Origin: Ruminococcus albus 7 = DSM 20455
GTDB lineage: Bacteria > Bacillota > Clostridia > Oscillospirales > Ruminococcaceae
Length of the DNA: 32,000 nt
Assembly: GCF_000179635.2 (NCBI RefSeq)
Contig: NC_014833.1
Span: 1,620,001-1,652,000, forward strand
Reading direction: 5' to 3'
The notes beneath the pieces are model-generated. The model was not told where the DNA came from, made no database searches, and was given only the letters and a program-made list of their open reading frames with translations. Each line of letters starts with the position of its first letter. The first letter of the stretch is position 1. The position numbers and the translations under genes are program-made. Positions 31,842-32,000 of the stretch are shown here, in pieces.

Positions 31842-32000
31842 ATGCCAAAAGCTATTTTTCGCCCAATCGCATACGGTCGGATTGCGTTCTCTGATCGGTT
31901 GATGTTTGGAGGCACATTGTTATTTTGCAGGTTTGTAACATATAAAAAAGTTATGCACGAAAAAAATTCATGCCATTACGCGCGTTTTATTCATTTATAT
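31842..32000 (+). CDS. Hypothetical protein, 5' part (runs off the right window edge)
   Basis: GGAGG lies 6 nt upstream of ATG 31842. There are 53 open codons to the window end (MPKAIFRPIAYGRIAFSDRLMFGGTLLFCRF...). Confidence 0.35.
   Translation, partial: MPKAIFRPIAYGRIAFSDRLMFGGTLLFCRFVTYKKVMHEKNSCHYARFIHLY

Noticed and set aside
1-32000. CRISPR array, rRNA genes, intact tRNA genes, reverse transcriptase/retron or DGR template-variable repeat pairs
   Set aside because: I scanned every intergenic region over 100 nt by eye (6857-7365, 12889-14067, 15262-16052, 19904-20302, 21619-21889, 23765-24166, 25434-25698, 27424-27686, 29640-29882, 30994-31841). No regularly spaced direct repeats, no RT motifs and no complete cloverleaf were seen.

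Overview
This is an accessory, IS-ridden region of a low/medium-GC Firmicute. It is most likely a cellulosome-bearing Ruminococcus-type clostridial genome, given a type I dockerin, CBM2-like and Fn3 modules, Gram-positive RBSs and lipoboxes.

Mobile DNA and relics:
- A partial IS66-family element sits at the left edge (1-1666).
- Two direct IS1595-family copies are about 97% identical. Copy 1 (1745-2767) has a clean 8-bp TSD. Copy 2 (24167-25189) has no TSD.
- A rearranged, internally deleted second IS66 relative (29737-30993) carries a ~175-bp inverted duplication of its left end.
- Other relics: an IS21 istA 5' end, a DDE-transposase tail, a MobA/MobL relaxase N-terminus, a tyrosine-recombinase C-terminus, two tRNA fragments, an amidoligase, a ClpA-like ATPase and an ABC exporter NBD. 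The last three each carry one in-frame stop.

Apparently intact cargo:
1. A 1205-aa secreted modular protein coupled to a small membrane-anchored protein (2929-6856).
2. A visibly more GC-rich operon: ECF sigma, DUF4367 anti-sigma, lipoprotein, 2x ABC-2 permease, ATPase (7996-12888).
3. A dockerin / bulb-lectin / DUF4329-like secreted protein (14068-15261).
4. An FtsX-type permease plus ATPase (16848-19903).
5. A DUF285/BspA-like LRR surface protein (21890-23764).
6. A hybrid sugar-binding/AraC regulator divergent from a secreted snapalysin-like metzincin (25699-29639).

No rRNA gene, intact tRNA or CRISPR array was seen.

The best candidates for something new are the toxin/immunity-like pair at 2929-6856, the cellulosome-tethered lectin-like bacteriocin candidate at 14068-15261, the sigma-controlled LanI/LanFEG-like island, and a short Cas12f-like relic inside a gene graveyard at 13271-13600. 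All functional calls rest on motif recognition by eye and need database confirmation.
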